64,000 nt of DNA from Candidatus Kapaibacterium sp. (lineage in GTDB: Bacteria > Bacteroidota > Ignavibacteria > Kapaibacteriales > UBA2268): contig OY762428.1 in NCBI GenBank assembly GCA_963665665.1, positions 4,608,001 through 4,672,000 on the forward strand, read 5' to 3'. The translations under genes were made by a program, and so were the position numbers. The notes beneath the pieces are model-generated. The model worked only from the letters and a program-made list of their open reading frames with translations. It did not search any database and was not told where the DNA came from. Position 1 is the first letter of the stretch. Every line of letters starts with the position of its first letter. Positions 10,693-20,715 of the stretch are shown here, one piece after another.

Positions 10693-11778
10693 TTAATTCA
10701 GCATTCCACTTAAGAACATTACAGGGACTGATAGCCACGATGTAATTTTTTTGTTATTTACTTTTGCGGGTTTCATAACTGTTTTCCACACTGCTTCTAA
10801 TGCGGCACTATCCAGTAATTTATTACCATCAACAGTAATATAAGCATCCCGGATTGATCCGTCCCTCCAAACTAAAACATTCACATAGGCTGTTCCTTCT
10901 ATATCATTTTCAACTGCTTCTTCGGGGTATTCAATATTAGCAAGCAACTCGTGATATATCAATTCTGCTCCCTCGTCTACAGGAATAAAATCATCGGGAT
11001 TTGGAACTTTCTTCATGATTTTTTTAAAAAAAGGGTCATTTTTCTTAAAATCAATAGAAATAGTTGTCCAATAATTAATCGTTGTATCACTCCTCAAGGC
11101 TGGTATATGGCGGGATTTGAATACTGCCTGCAAAGAAATCTGATCAAATAGCGGAGATGTACTTTCTTCAATGAATGCACGCTGAACCATCCCGTCTTTT
11201 CTAATTAACGCCTTGATTTTTACATTTCCCTCAACATTGTTCTCCCAGGCCTTATAAGGATATACCAGATATTTCTGAATTTTTTTGAATAATATCCTGG
11301 GTTCTTTATCGCAAAATACTGAGTCATCCACATCCGGATATGGGCCAAGTTTTATTCCCTTCAAATACTTTTTATAATTTTTTTCTCTCTTTACCCTAGC
11401 AGATTTCACAACAAATTGCTCCTCGCCTCCACGAAGAACAAAATTAATCGGAATTACAACCTTGCACTCGACGGGAGTTGTATCTTCATATGCCGGTGTA
11501 AACTTACCCTTTTTAATAGCCATGATAGCATTTTTATTAAGTAATGGCGAATCGGAATATTCAATTCTGAAATCCTTGGGCCTTCCTGTAGTATCAATAA
11601 CTATCTCAACCAGTACTTTACCTTCTACTCCCGCTTTTCTGGCTATTACGGGATAGACAACATTGTCCCCGATGAGATCAATATCTGCCATTGGTGGAGT
11701 TGTTATATCATCAGCATAAGAATTATTCCCACTATTCAATAATACGAATAATGATAATATTGCAAATATTAACTTCAT
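10693..11778 (-). CDS. TonB-family protein with three tandem TonB C-terminal domains
   Basis: Three YP..A....EG.V motifs (YPVIARKAGVEGKV, YPYKAWENNVEGNV, YPEEAVENDIEGTA). Hydrophobic N terminus from ATG 11778. Confidence 0.85.
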   Translation of the reverse strand: MKLIFAILSLFVLLNSGNNSYADDITTPPMADIDLIGDNVVYPVIARKAGVEGKVLVEIVIDTTGRPKDFRIEYSDSPLLNKNAIMAIKKGKFTPAYEDTTPVECKVVIPINFVLRGGEEQFVVKSARVKREKNYKKYLKGIKLGPYPDVDDSVFCDKEPRILFKKIQKYLVYPYKAWENNVEGNVKIKALIRKDGMVQRAFIEESTSPLFDQISLQAVFKSRHIPALRSDTTINYWTTISIDFKKNDPFFKKIMKKVPNPDDFIPVDEGAELIYHELLANIEYPEEAVENDIEGTAYVNVLVWRDGSIRDAYITVDGNKLLDSAALEAVWKTVMKPAKVNNKKITSWLSVPVMFLSGMLN

Positions 11779-11807
11779 AAATTCCCCAATAATATCTAAA
11801 TTTCTCT

Positions 11808-12389
11808 TTATTCTTCGGTAATCCCATCTTTGAAAAGCTCGTACCACTCCTCAACTTTTATTACCTCGTAGATTTTAAGGTATATCATTATTTCCCTGGC
11901 AAATTCAAGGCTTGCCGTTCCGTTTGCGGTAATAATCGCATCATCCACTACACAGGAAATTTTCTGATAATTGGCATCACCCGTATATGTTTCTGACTTT
12001 TCTTTTAAATATGCCAGCCCGTTGCTTGTATGCTTGGTATTATTCAGAAATCCCAGGTTGGCAAGGTAAACAGTAGCACCACAAATCCCGGCAATAGGAA
12101 CTCTCATCGATCTTGCCTTTTCGATATATTTATCGAGTCCTTTTATTCCTTTATTTTCCCAGGCATCACCTCCCGGAATAATGATCATTCCGGCATTTTG
12201 ATAATCAATTTCATTAGCTTTAAGGTCGGGCATAATTGTAAGTCCACCCATAGATTTCAGTGGTAACCTGTCGATAGAAAAAGTTTTCAAATCATAATTT
12301 TCATTTTTTTGAATTTCCGGCATCAGGTGCGCAATTTCCCAGTCGCTGTATCCATCGAACAGAAAGAAATAGACTTTCTTTTTTGTCAT
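11808..12389 (-). CDS. DJ-1/PfpI family (class I glutamine amidotransferase-like) protein
   Basis: FDGYSDWE, SMGGL, IIPGG, AGICGA nucleophile elbow, ITANG. Confidence 0.9.
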   Translation of the reverse strand: MTKKKVYFFLFDGYSDWEIAHLMPEIQKNENYDLKTFSIDRLPLKSMGGLTIMPDLKANEIDYQNAGMIIIPGGDAWENKGIKGLDKYIEKARSMRVPIAGICGATVYLANLGFLNNTKHTSNGLAYLKEKSETYTGDANYQKISCVVDDAIITANGTASLEFAREIMIYLKIYEVIKVEEWYELFKDGITEE

Positions 12390-12669
12390 TATAAGAGCCT
12401 CACGTTACATTACAAAATGAAAAGACAACACAGGGGCGTAATCAAATTTCAACATTAAAATATAAGAAAAAAAAATCAAAAAGACAATTGAAATCATGCT
12501 TCAATCAATATTTTTAAATATTGAAAATCACGAGTATGATTCATTGGTAACGAATACAGCATCAAGTTGCCGGTGAATAACCCACCGACCTCGCCCGGCA
12601 TAGTTCAATTATCAAATTTCATTTCACTATGTTCATGAAAAATATTTCTCAGCAATAAAGTATACTGTC

Positions 12670-13419
12670 TTATAATACTTCGTTTTCACCTTTTAAAAAC
12701 TCTCTTATCTCTTTCCAGGAAGAAAGTTCAATATCAGCTATCGTGGAGCCGCCTTTTTTGAATGCGGGGTGAGAAGTGTCGTCACCACTGAATTTGATTG
12801 CTTTCATACCAATGTTCTTTGCCCCCTTAATGTCAGTTTCTTCAATGTCTCCGATATGAAGTGCATTTTCGGGTTTGCATTTTAATTTATCAAGGACTGT
12901 ACTGAAAGCTTTCTCATGAGGTTTGGAAACACCGGTTTCATCGCTGAAGCTAAAAGCACTGAAATAATCAAAAATTTCTTCTTTATATAATAATTCCCTC
13001 AATATCGAACCAGGTGAAAAACCGGTATCAGAAACAATTGCAAGCTGATATATTTTAGAAAGTTTCTTCATTGACTTCCTAACGCCTTTAATTATGCTCG
13101 GAGGGTATTTGATTATGCAATTCTCAAAAGCATCGACTATTGTATCAAGCGCTCTTTGATCCGGAGGTATTTGCAGGTAATCCCAGAAAAATTCCACCGT
13201 CTCATACGGAGACGGGGTTCGCATGTCATTCTTCCATATATGATCGAAAAATTCCCACGATGCCTGCATAGCGTCTTTTAAATCGCTCATGTCAACTGTT
13301 TTGCCAAGTCTTGCTATTTCCTTAAGAAGGGCTTCCTGTCTGTAAGTATTTCTTAATTTACCATTACTTGAATCAAATAGTGTGTTCCAGAAATCAATTG
13401 TAATTACTTTTATTTCCAT
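12670..13419 (-). CDS. HAD-superfamily hydrolase
   Basis: DFWNTL motif I, VSDT motif II, SKP motif III, HIGDIEETDI motif IV. Confidence 0.9.
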   Translation of the reverse strand: MEIKVITIDFWNTLFDSSNGKLRNTYRQEALLKEIARLGKTVDMSDLKDAMQASWEFFDHIWKNDMRTPSPYETVEFFWDYLQIPPDQRALDTIVDAFENCIIKYPPSIIKGVRKSMKKLSKIYQLAIVSDTGFSPGSILRELLYKEEIFDYFSAFSFSDETGVSKPHEKAFSTVLDKLKCKPENALHIGDIEETDIKGAKNIGMKAIKFSGDDTSHPAFKKGGSTIADIELSSWKEIREFLKGENEVL

Positions 13420-13518
13420 TTCTTTTCGATTGTCATTGTTGCAAAAAAACTAATTTAGACTATCCTAAAACAAAAAACAAAAATCTTTTGGATTTATTTG
13501 AAACATTTTTAATATTTG

Positions 13519-13544
13519 TATCGTTAAGAAAATTGTTAACGATA
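13519..13544. promoter_or_regulatory. Putative operator for the MarR/GbsR regulator
   Basis: Perfect 9-bp inverted repeat TATCGTTAA-N8-TTAACGATA ending 46 nt before the regulator start. Confidence 0.6.
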
Positions 13545-13590
13545 ATAACTTTAATTGCAATTAAATAATTGATAACGAAGGACGGGTGCT

Positions 13591-14118
13591 ATGACTGTTA
13601 AAACAAAACTTGAAGTTGAAGACCATATCGCGAATGAATTCGGGCATTACTTAGAGATGATGGGAGCAAAAGCCACGTTAGGAAGAATATGGGGTTTGTT
13701 GCTTACGCAGAGCAAACCAATGTCTCTTAAAGATATAGCATTCAGGCTTAACGTATCGAAACCGGCTGTTAGCACAACAATTAAGATCGGCGCTCAACTT
13801 GAATTATTTAAGAAAGTATATAATCCTGAGTTTCCGAGGGAGAGTTTCTATGAAGTAAAAGTTGAATTCATGGAAATGATAATAGATCCGGGATTAAAAA
13901 AACTTAAAATTTTGACGGACCAGGTAAAAAGATCAATTTCCAAAATTGAGGAGGTAGATTATAAAAAAGACAAAGATCTGCTTGAACTTCATGAAAGAAT
14001 GAGCTTTTTGTATGAAGCATTTGAAATAATTAACGAAGAATATATTGAATTTGGCAACAGGTTCGTCACACGCCTGCGGGAAGCCAAGAAAAACAGAAAG
14101 AAAGGAGACTTAAAATGA
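13591..14118 (+). CDS. MarR/GbsR family transcriptional regulator
   Basis: GRIWGLLL...MSLKDIAFRLNVSKPAVST helix-turn-helix; first gene of the operon. Confidence 0.88.
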   Translation: MTVKTKLEVEDHIANEFGHYLEMMGAKATLGRIWGLLLTQSKPMSLKDIAFRLNVSKPAVSTTIKIGAQLELFKKVYNPEFPRESFYEVKVEFMEMIIDPGLKKLKILTDQVKRSISKIEEVDYKKDKDLLELHERMSFLYEAFEIINEEYIEFGNRFVTRLREAKKNRKKGDLK

Positions 14119-14852
14119 AATATCTATTAGTAGCAGCTACTTTTATTCTCATGTCCGCATGGGCATCGGCACAGGATGCATACGAGATCATTAAAAAATC
14201 CGAAGAGCAGTATAAGGGCGAAAGCAGTAGTGGAACATTTGCAATGAAAGTTGTAACCCCCGACTACGAAAGAGTCGTTGAAATGAAATCATGGTGGGTT
14301 GGTAATGACAAAGCTTTGGTAATTATCACTTCGCCAAAAAAGGAAAAGGGCAACAAAACCCTGAAAATTGGCAATGAAATGTGGAATTACCTGAAAAATG
14401 CCGAGAAAACTATCAAGATACCACCATCGATGATGCTTATGTCCTGGAACGGATCAGACCTGACGAATGATGACCTGGTAAGGGAAAGCAAATTAATTGA
14501 TGACTATAACCTAAGATATATGTTCGATGAAAAAATTGGCAATGAGGATTGCTGGAAAATCGAACTTAAACCAAAACCGGATGCCCCGGTTGTTTGGGGA
14601 AAATTATATTACTGGGTAAGGAAATCAGATAACCTTCCTGCTTTGATACAATTCTATGATGAAAGAGGCGAACTGCACAGGACAATGAAGTTTTCTAAAT
14701 TCAAAGTTATGGGCGGCAGAAAAATTCCTTCGGTATGGACAATTATCAGCAATAAGAAGGAGAATCACTACACTCAATTCATATATAAAGAAATTGATTT
14801 TGACGCGAAGATACCAGATAGAATATTCTCATTCAGGGAACTTGAAAGATAA
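14115..14852 (+). CDS. Outer-membrane lipoprotein-sorting (LolA-like) protein
   Basis: Signal peptide; ITSPKKEKG, MWNYL, SWNGSDLTNDDLV; sits in a LolCDE-like operon. Confidence 0.85.
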   Translation: MKYLLVAATFILMSAWASAQDAYEIIKKSEEQYKGESSSGTFAMKVVTPDYERVVEMKSWWVGNDKALVIITSPKKEKGNKTLKIGNEMWNYLKNAEKTIKIPPSMMLMSWNGSDLTNDDLVRESKLIDDYNLRYMFDEKIGNEDCWKIELKPKPDAPVVWGKLYYWVRKSDNLPALIQFYDERGELHRTMKFSKFKVMGGRKIPSVWTIISNKKENHYTQFIYKEIDFDAKIPDRIFSFRELER

Positions 14853-14875
14853 TTATTTAATACGAGGCAATAGAA

Positions 14876-16378
14876 ATGAAATTAATTTTAAAGCTTGCCT
14901 GGAGAAACCTTTTCCGTAACTGGCGGCGCTCGTTGATAACCATAATTGCCGTATTCTTCGCTTCCTTCCTGGCAGTGGGAATGAGAGGAATGCAAATAGG
15001 CACATACGACGCCAATATCAGGAACATGGTTAATATCTATAACGGATATATCCAGATACAGAAGCTGGGATACAAAGAAAATCCCTCACTGAATAAAAGC
15101 ATTAAGTATGATGATAAGCTAATTCAAAGTATCAAATCAGTAGATGGAGTAGAAGCATATTCCAGGCGTATTCAATCTGAAGGATTGATTGGCTTCGGAT
15201 CGAACACAAACGGTGTATTGATTGCGGGAATTGATCCCGTGAACGAGGCAAAAACTACAAGCCTGTCGCAAAAGATAATGACCGTTAGTATGAAATCTGC
15301 CATTCTGGATATTTCTGTTCCCGAGCATTATAGGGAAGAAATTTTCAGGAGATTTTTAAAGGTCAGCAGGGAAAAATTCGCTGATAATTCCGATGCTCAA
15401 AAATCATCCGAACTGATTAAAAATTATCTTCTGATGAGAGATAAGACCAAGATCAGGAATAAAATACTTGATTCACTCAGCGATTCTTATTCTTCACTGA
15501 TTTCCGATATCGAGAAATTTGACAGTAAATACGGTTTGCAGATAAAAACAGGCAGGATGGTAAAACCCGGATATCAGGATATAAACGAAATGGTTCTGGG
15601 ATATAAATTGATGAAGAACCTGAAAGCAACTATCGGCGATACTGTAGTAGGGCTTTCGCAGGGATTCGACGGTTCGATGGGAAATATGAAATTCCGTATT
15701 GTCGGCGCTTCAAAAACAGGAATTGACGAATTCGACAGGCTTAGCTGTTTTATTAATATTGATGCTGCTGAAGAACTCTTTGCCATGCACAACAGGGCAA
15801 CAGCGGTAGTTGTTAAAATTGACGCTTTGAAAAATATGCCGGAAATTAAAAATTCATTGTCGGATAATTTGGCTGATACAGAGTATATTGTACTGGATTG
15901 GACAGAATTAATGCCGGATTTCAAGCAGTCGATAGAGTTTGATAATATTACAGGTATCCTGACACTTGCAATATTGGTTATTATCGTGGCATTCGGTATA
16001 CTTAATACACTGCTAATGTCGATAACAGAACGATTCAGGGAATTCGGGGTAATGCTTTCGCTTGGAACCAGCAACGGACTGCTTGTCCGGGTGGTTTTCT
16101 TCGAAATGGTGTTTATTACAATTATCGGTCTCTTTTTCGGAAACATTGCTGCTTTTGGCGTGAATAGCTGGCTGGCAGCGAATCCCATCGAACTTGGCGG
16201 GCACTACGCTGAAATGATGGCAGAAACAGGATTCCTGCCATTGATGTTCTCGACTACTGATTTCGGTGTTTTCTTCAGGCCCTCGATCCTGATATTCTTT
16301 GTATCCTTCCTTACGTTTATTTACCCGGCTTTCAGATTGTTCCACTTAGAAGCATTGAAAGGAATAAGGTACACCTGA
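14876..16378 (+). CDS. ABC transporter permease (LolC/E, MacB/FtsX family) with a periplasmic insertion
   Basis: LAWRNLFRNWRRS, GILNTLLMSITERFREFG; four TM segments. Confidence 0.9.
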   Translation: MKLILKLAWRNLFRNWRRSLITIIAVFFASFLAVGMRGMQIGTYDANIRNMVNIYNGYIQIQKLGYKENPSLNKSIKYDDKLIQSIKSVDGVEAYSRRIQSEGLIGFGSNTNGVLIAGIDPVNEAKTTSLSQKIMTVSMKSAILDISVPEHYREEIFRRFLKVSREKFADNSDAQKSSELIKNYLLMRDKTKIRNKILDSLSDSYSSLISDIEKFDSKYGLQIKTGRMVKPGYQDINEMVLGYKLMKNLKATIGDTVVGLSQGFDGSMGNMKFRIVGASKTGIDEFDRLSCFINIDAAEELFAMHNRATAVVVKIDALKNMPEIKNSLSDNLADTEYIVLDWTELMPDFKQSIEFDNITGILTLAILVIIVAFGILNTLLMSITERFREFGVMLSLGTSNGLLVRVVFFEMVFITIIGLFFGNIAAFGVNSWLAANPIELGGHYAEMMAETGFLPLMFSTTDFGVFFRPSILIFFVSFLTFIYPAFRLFHLEALKGIRYT

Positions 16379-17592
16379 TGATACTAAAAATAGCATGGAG
16401 AAATTTGTGGAGAAACAAGCGCAGGTCGGTGATAGTACTTACATCAGTTGTTGTGGGAGTGGCAATGCTTATGTTCAACGACAGCCTGATGAACGGAATG
16501 GTTCACCAGATGCTCCACAACCAGATTAAGATGGATGTTACTCATACGCAGATACACAAAACCGGATTCAGGAATAACAAGGTGATTGAAAATTCGATTG
16601 ATAATCCGCAAAAAGCCGTTAAACTTCTTGAAAACAACAATGCAGTAAAGGCATTCGGACAAAGGGTAATTTCATTCGGGCTGGTAAGTTCTGCGAGTAA
16701 TTCCGGTGGCGTTGCCATATATGGAGTTAATCCGGAAAAAGAAAAACAGATGACGGATATTTATTCCTCGATAATTGACGGTAAATATCTCGGATCCGGA
16801 AGAAACGAAATAATAATAGGGAAAAAACTTGCCGAGAAACTCGACGTTATGGTAGGCGATAAAATGGTTGCAATAGCTGCGGATATTGACGGAGAAGTAA
16901 GCTCCGAGCTATTCCGTGTAGCCGGAATTTTCAAAACTGCAAGCTCGGAATTCGATAAAAGCAGGGTTTACGTATCAATTCCTGTCTTGCAAAATATGCT
17001 TTCAATGGGGAATAAAGTATCTGAAATAGCAGTAATATTGGAAGATTACCAGCAAAGCATACCCTTTGCTGAAGAACTTGGTAAAGAGCTTGACAGCGAT
17101 TTCGAAGTCAGCCCCTGGCAGGATATTATCCCAATGCTGGTGGCATATTCCGAAGGCTACAGGCAAATGGTTATGATATTTTACCTGATAATCGGCCTGG
17201 CAGTAATATTCGGAGTAATAAACACAATGCTTATGTCGGTTTTCGAAAGGGTCCAGGAATTCGGCGTACTGATGTCAATCGGCATGAAGAACGGAAAAAT
17301 ATTCAGGATGGTACTGCTCGAAGCATTCATGCTGGGAATTACCGGTACTTTCTTCGGGATGATAGCAGGCTACCTGCTTCACCTGCCAATAATGGAAAGC
17401 GGTATCGATCTCAGTTTATTCTCGGAAAGTATGGCTTCATTCGGCATGAACAGCGTAATACATCCCAGACTTTCAGCGGAAGTGATATTAAATTCAGCGC
17501 TAATTATTCCTGTTATGTCAGTACTTGCAGCATCATACCCGGCTTGGAAGGCTATAAAATTACAGCCTACCGAAGCAATGAGATACGTGTAG
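16378..17592 (+). CDS. ABC transporter permease (LolC/E family)
   Basis: IAWRNLWRNKRRS, GVINTMLMSVFERVQEFG, YPAWKA. Confidence 0.92.
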   Translation: MILKIAWRNLWRNKRRSVIVLTSVVVGVAMLMFNDSLMNGMVHQMLHNQIKMDVTHTQIHKTGFRNNKVIENSIDNPQKAVKLLENNNAVKAFGQRVISFGLVSSASNSGGVAIYGVNPEKEKQMTDIYSSIIDGKYLGSGRNEIIIGKKLAEKLDVMVGDKMVAIAADIDGEVSSELFRVAGIFKTASSEFDKSRVYVSIPVLQNMLSMGNKVSEIAVILEDYQQSIPFAEELGKELDSDFEVSPWQDIIPMLVAYSEGYRQMVMIFYLIIGLAVIFGVINTMLMSVFERVQEFGVLMSIGMKNGKIFRMVLLEAFMLGITGTFFGMIAGYLLHLPIMESGIDLSLFSESMASFGMNSVIHPRLSAEVILNSALIIPVMSVLAASYPAWKAIKLQPTEAMRYV

Positions 17593-17672
17593 GAAATTGA
17601 AAATTTATCTTTTTAAACTTCCAGCACTCTTTGAAGAAGGAGTTAAGAGCGAAGGGATAAATACATAAGTTT

Positions 17673-17758
17673 GTCACTCTGAGCGAAGCGAAGAAACCAT
17701 TCTTCAGGTAAAGAAACAAAAAATTGATTCTTCAGTCGCTTCGCTCCATCAGAATGAC
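17673..17758. repeat. GTCA..CTGAG-type palindromic intergenic repeat
   Basis: gtcactctgagcgaagcgaagaa ... ttcttcagtcgcttcgctccatcagaatgac. Related copies at 18560-18631 and 22851-22938. Confidence 0.75.
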
Positions 17759-17810
17759 TTAAATATTAAAAATATTACTTGAATTGTAAAACAATATATA
17801 TCGATCAAAA

Positions 17811-18494
17811 ATGGAAATAATCAGAATAGATAACGTTAAAAAGACCTACGCGGAAAACGGTGTTTCCGTTCATGCGCTTCGCGGGGTCGACCTGGTAATA
17901 AAAAAGGGCGAATATACAGTAATAGCAGGCCCCTCGGGTTCCGGCAAAACAACTCTTCTCAACCTGATAGGCTCGCTGGATGTTCCCTCAGAAGGAAAAG
18001 TATTTCTTGAAGGACAGGATCTTTCCGGCAAGAACAAGAAGGAACTTTCGAACGTGCGATTGAACAAGATTGGATTTATCTTCCAGGCTTATAATCTTAT
18101 ACCAGTACTGACAGCTTTGGAAAATATTGAATTTTCGATGATGCTGCTCGGAATACCGGAAAAGACAAGGCATGAAAAGGCAATGAAGATAATGGAAGAG
18201 CTGGAAATATCCGACCTGGCACATAAGCGCCCCAACCAGATGAGCGGCGGACAGCAGCAGCGTGTTGCAGTTGCCAGGGCTATCGTGAATGATCCACTGC
18301 TTGTGCTTGCAGACGAACCGACAGCCAACCTGGATTCGAAAACAGGTTCAAATCTTCTTGACCTGATGGAAAAAATGAACAGGGAGAAAAACATCACTTT
18401 CGTGTTCTCCTCGCATGACGAACAGGTAATTGAAAGAGCCAAAAGGCTGGTTTACCTGAAAGACGGAAAAATTGTTGACGATGAAGTAAGATAA
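17811..18494 (+). CDS. ABC transporter ATP-binding protein (LolD-like)
   Basis: GPSGSGKTT, MSGGQQQRV, LADEPTANLD, SSHD. Confidence 0.95.
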   Translation: MEIIRIDNVKKTYAENGVSVHALRGVDLVIKKGEYTVIAGPSGSGKTTLLNLIGSLDVPSEGKVFLEGQDLSGKNKKELSNVRLNKIGFIFQAYNLIPVLTALENIEFSMMLLGIPEKTRHEKAMKIMEELEISDLAHKRPNQMSGGQQQRVAVARAIVNDPLLVLADEPTANLDSKTGSNLLDLMEKMNREKNITFVFSSHDEQVIERAKRLVYLKDGKIVDDEVR

Positions 18495-18514
18495 GAACTT
18501 TATCTGATAACTAA

Positions 18515-18810
18515 CAGCGGGGGCAAGAAGCTTTCCTGTCCCCCGCTGGCGCATGAGTTGTCATACTGAGCGCAGCGAAGAGTCCATTCTTCATACATTA
18601 TCTGGCTAAAGAAGATGGATTCTTCAGTCGCAAGAGCAGCGAAATCATATAAAAAAGCTCCGTAGGAGCGGAATTTTTGTAGATAATATTTGCATAATCT
18701 TCATTCGAAGCTCCGTAGGAGCGACATCTGAAATGTAAATGCCGCCCCGACGGGGCTGTTATTCATCCCGGGATCGATTTACTACAAAAATGTCGCGGCT
18801 ACGCCGCTAT
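18515..18810. repeat. Cluster of REP-like palindromes
   Basis: cagcgggggc/gtcccccgctg hairpin; gtcatactgagcgcagcgaag unit; two agctccgtaggagcg units; gccccgacggggc; gcggctacgccgc. Confidence 0.75.
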
Positions 18811-18863
18811 CCTTCATTCCGATAAACAGGGGGATGAGGGATAAAAATATCTCCCGGCGGTGG

Positions 18864-19073
18864 ATTTACAATTATTTATCTCAAAATATCAATCATATAC
18901 CCCACAATTCCGATTTTTTATATCAAAATAGTGATCTGATTGCTGAGAATATCAATTCTTGATCTTAGTATTTTGATTCTTACTTTCAATATTGTGAATC
19001 AATATCGGAAAAGTCTGAATATTTGTACTATAATTCCGATTCTTTATTTCAAAATAATTAATATCCGGATTAT
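18864..19073. repeat. Degenerate 21-nt tandem repeat (about 10 units), non-coding
   Basis: Units in register: AATTCCGATTTTTTATATCAA (18906) and AATTCCGATTCTTTATTTCAA (19032), 126 nt apart. AATATCAAT at 18885 and 18948, 63 nt apart. Confidence 0.65.
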
Positions 19074-19869
19074 TTGAATAAAGTTTAATCCTATAAATGA
19101 TTTGGTGTGTGCAATTTGTTGATACCGGATTATTGAGTTAATATTTAGTAAGTGTGATCTATTATATATTTTATTTATCAAAGTATATAATCATCATAAA
19201 TTCATATTTTATCGGTATAATTTATTAAATATTTAAACTATCTTATGCTTGATATAGTTCATCTAACTAAATATTTAATTCATATTATTATTTTATTTAT
19301 GTATATAATAATATAGTAAGTTAGTTTAAGCAATTATATAATATATTCGATTAAATATCAATGTAATATATTTTATTAGGCTAATCTGTTTTTTACTAAA
19401 TAAGGCTATTTATTTAATATGAAATGAATTGGAATTGATATTATGAGTTAATTATTTACTAATATGAATATGTTATTTAATATTTCTGATTGATTATTTA
19501 TGGTTTTTAATATGGGAATTACTAAATTATTTTAGATAATTATTAATTGTAATTATTTAATTTATTATATAAGTTGATTATTTCTTTGAACTTATTAATT
19601 AATTACTTATATTATTAGTGGTTATCATATGAAATGCTCCCTATTGCTTAGACAAATAAAAGTATAGTTTATGGTGTTTATTAATCTATACTTCTTCTCT
19701 AATAAAATAAGAAAAAAATATGTAATAATATTAATTTTTCTTTTTTTTGCTACTTTTTTTTCTTTTTGTTAACAACCTGGAAATTGTGGATAACTTTCAC
19801 TCTCCTTTCTATTTCTTTTTTTATCAATTGCTTACCGGATTACATTTTTTCACTTTTCCAACAAAGTTT

Positions 19870-20715
19870 TCAATTAACGAACCGCTGTTCGTTCATATAT
19901 TTTTCAGCCGGAATCTGGTATTCAATTCCTGCGTGCGGCCTCGTGTTGTTATACCAATCGACATAAGCCTTTATACCGCCATAGAGCTCTTTTCCGTCTT
20001 CGTAAGACTTCAGATACAGGTCTTCGTATTTAAAGCTCCGCCAGAAGCGTTCTATGTAAACATTGTCCAAGGCGCGGCCCTTGCCGTCCATGCTTACCTT
20101 AACATCAGCATCCAGAATCGTTTTCACAAAATCATTGCTCGTGAACTGACTGCCCTGATCCGTGTTTGTTATTTCCGGTTTCCTGGTTTTCAAAGACCTT
20201 TTTATTGTATCTATGCAGAACTCCTTCTCAAGGTTATTCGATAATTCCCAGTCGACGATATACCTGCTATAAACATCTATAATTGCTATAAGATACATAA
20301 ATCCTTTACGCATCGGAATATATGTTATATCCAGGCTCCAAACCTGATCCGGACGACTTATTTTCATATCCCTCAACAGGTATGGATAAATTTTGTGCTC
20401 CTTGTTCGGTTTGCTCGTGTCCGGTTGGGGATATATTGCCCGAAGTCCCAATAATTTCATTAATCGCCTGATTCGTTTATAGTTAACATGGTATCCCAAA
20501 GAACGTAAGTGTGCTGTCATTTTTCTGGCTCCATAAAATGGAGTAATCGCGAATTGTTCTTTGATCAGCTTCATATATAGAATATTTGCTTCACTTTCAC
20601 CCTTGGGTTTGTAATAATAACAGCTCCTGCTAATACCCAAAAGCTCGCACTGCCGGCTTATGCTAATTTCTTTATTATCAGCATCTACCATCTTCCTGCG
20701 TTCTTCTTTACTCAC
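19870..20715 (-). CDS. IS3 transposase OrfB (DDE integrase core)
   Basis: WSLDITY, NTDQGSQF, DNVYIERFWRSFKYE. Confidence 0.95.
   Translation of the reverse strand: MSKEERRKMVDADNKEISISRQCELLGISRSCYYYKPKGESEANILYMKLIKEQFAITPFYGARKMTAHLRSLGYHVNYKRIRRLMKLLGLRAIYPQPDTSKPNKEHKIYPYLLRDMKISRPDQVWSLDITYIPMRKGFMYLIAIIDVYSRYIVDWELSNNLEKEFCIDTIKRSLKTRKPEITNTDQGSQFTSNDFVKTILDADVKVSMDGKGRALDNVYIERFWRSFKYEDLYLKSYEDGKELYGGIKAYVDWYNNTRPHAGIEYQIPAEKYMNEQRFVN

Noticed and set aside
12569-12600. GC-rich hairpin as a riboswitch or SRP RNA
   Set aside because: No recognisable conserved motif; a single weak hairpin is not enough to call.
15278-15541. Permease insertion as an intein
   Set aside because: No N-terminal Cys/Ser block, no His-Asn C terminus, and it lies in a periplasmic domain.
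18864-19629. CRISPR array
   Set aside because: No conserved repeat alternating with unique spacers, and no cas genes in the window.
19080-19800. Replication origin (AT-rich tract plus DnaA box)
   Set aside because: The only perfect DnaA box belongs to the IS and recurs in the second copy; there is no box cluster and no dnaA/rep gene nearby.
19747-20244. 165-aa and 66-aa antisense ORFs in the IS (also 53124-53621)
   Set aside because: Shadow frames of orfB and the T-rich tail; they recur only because the IS is duplicated.
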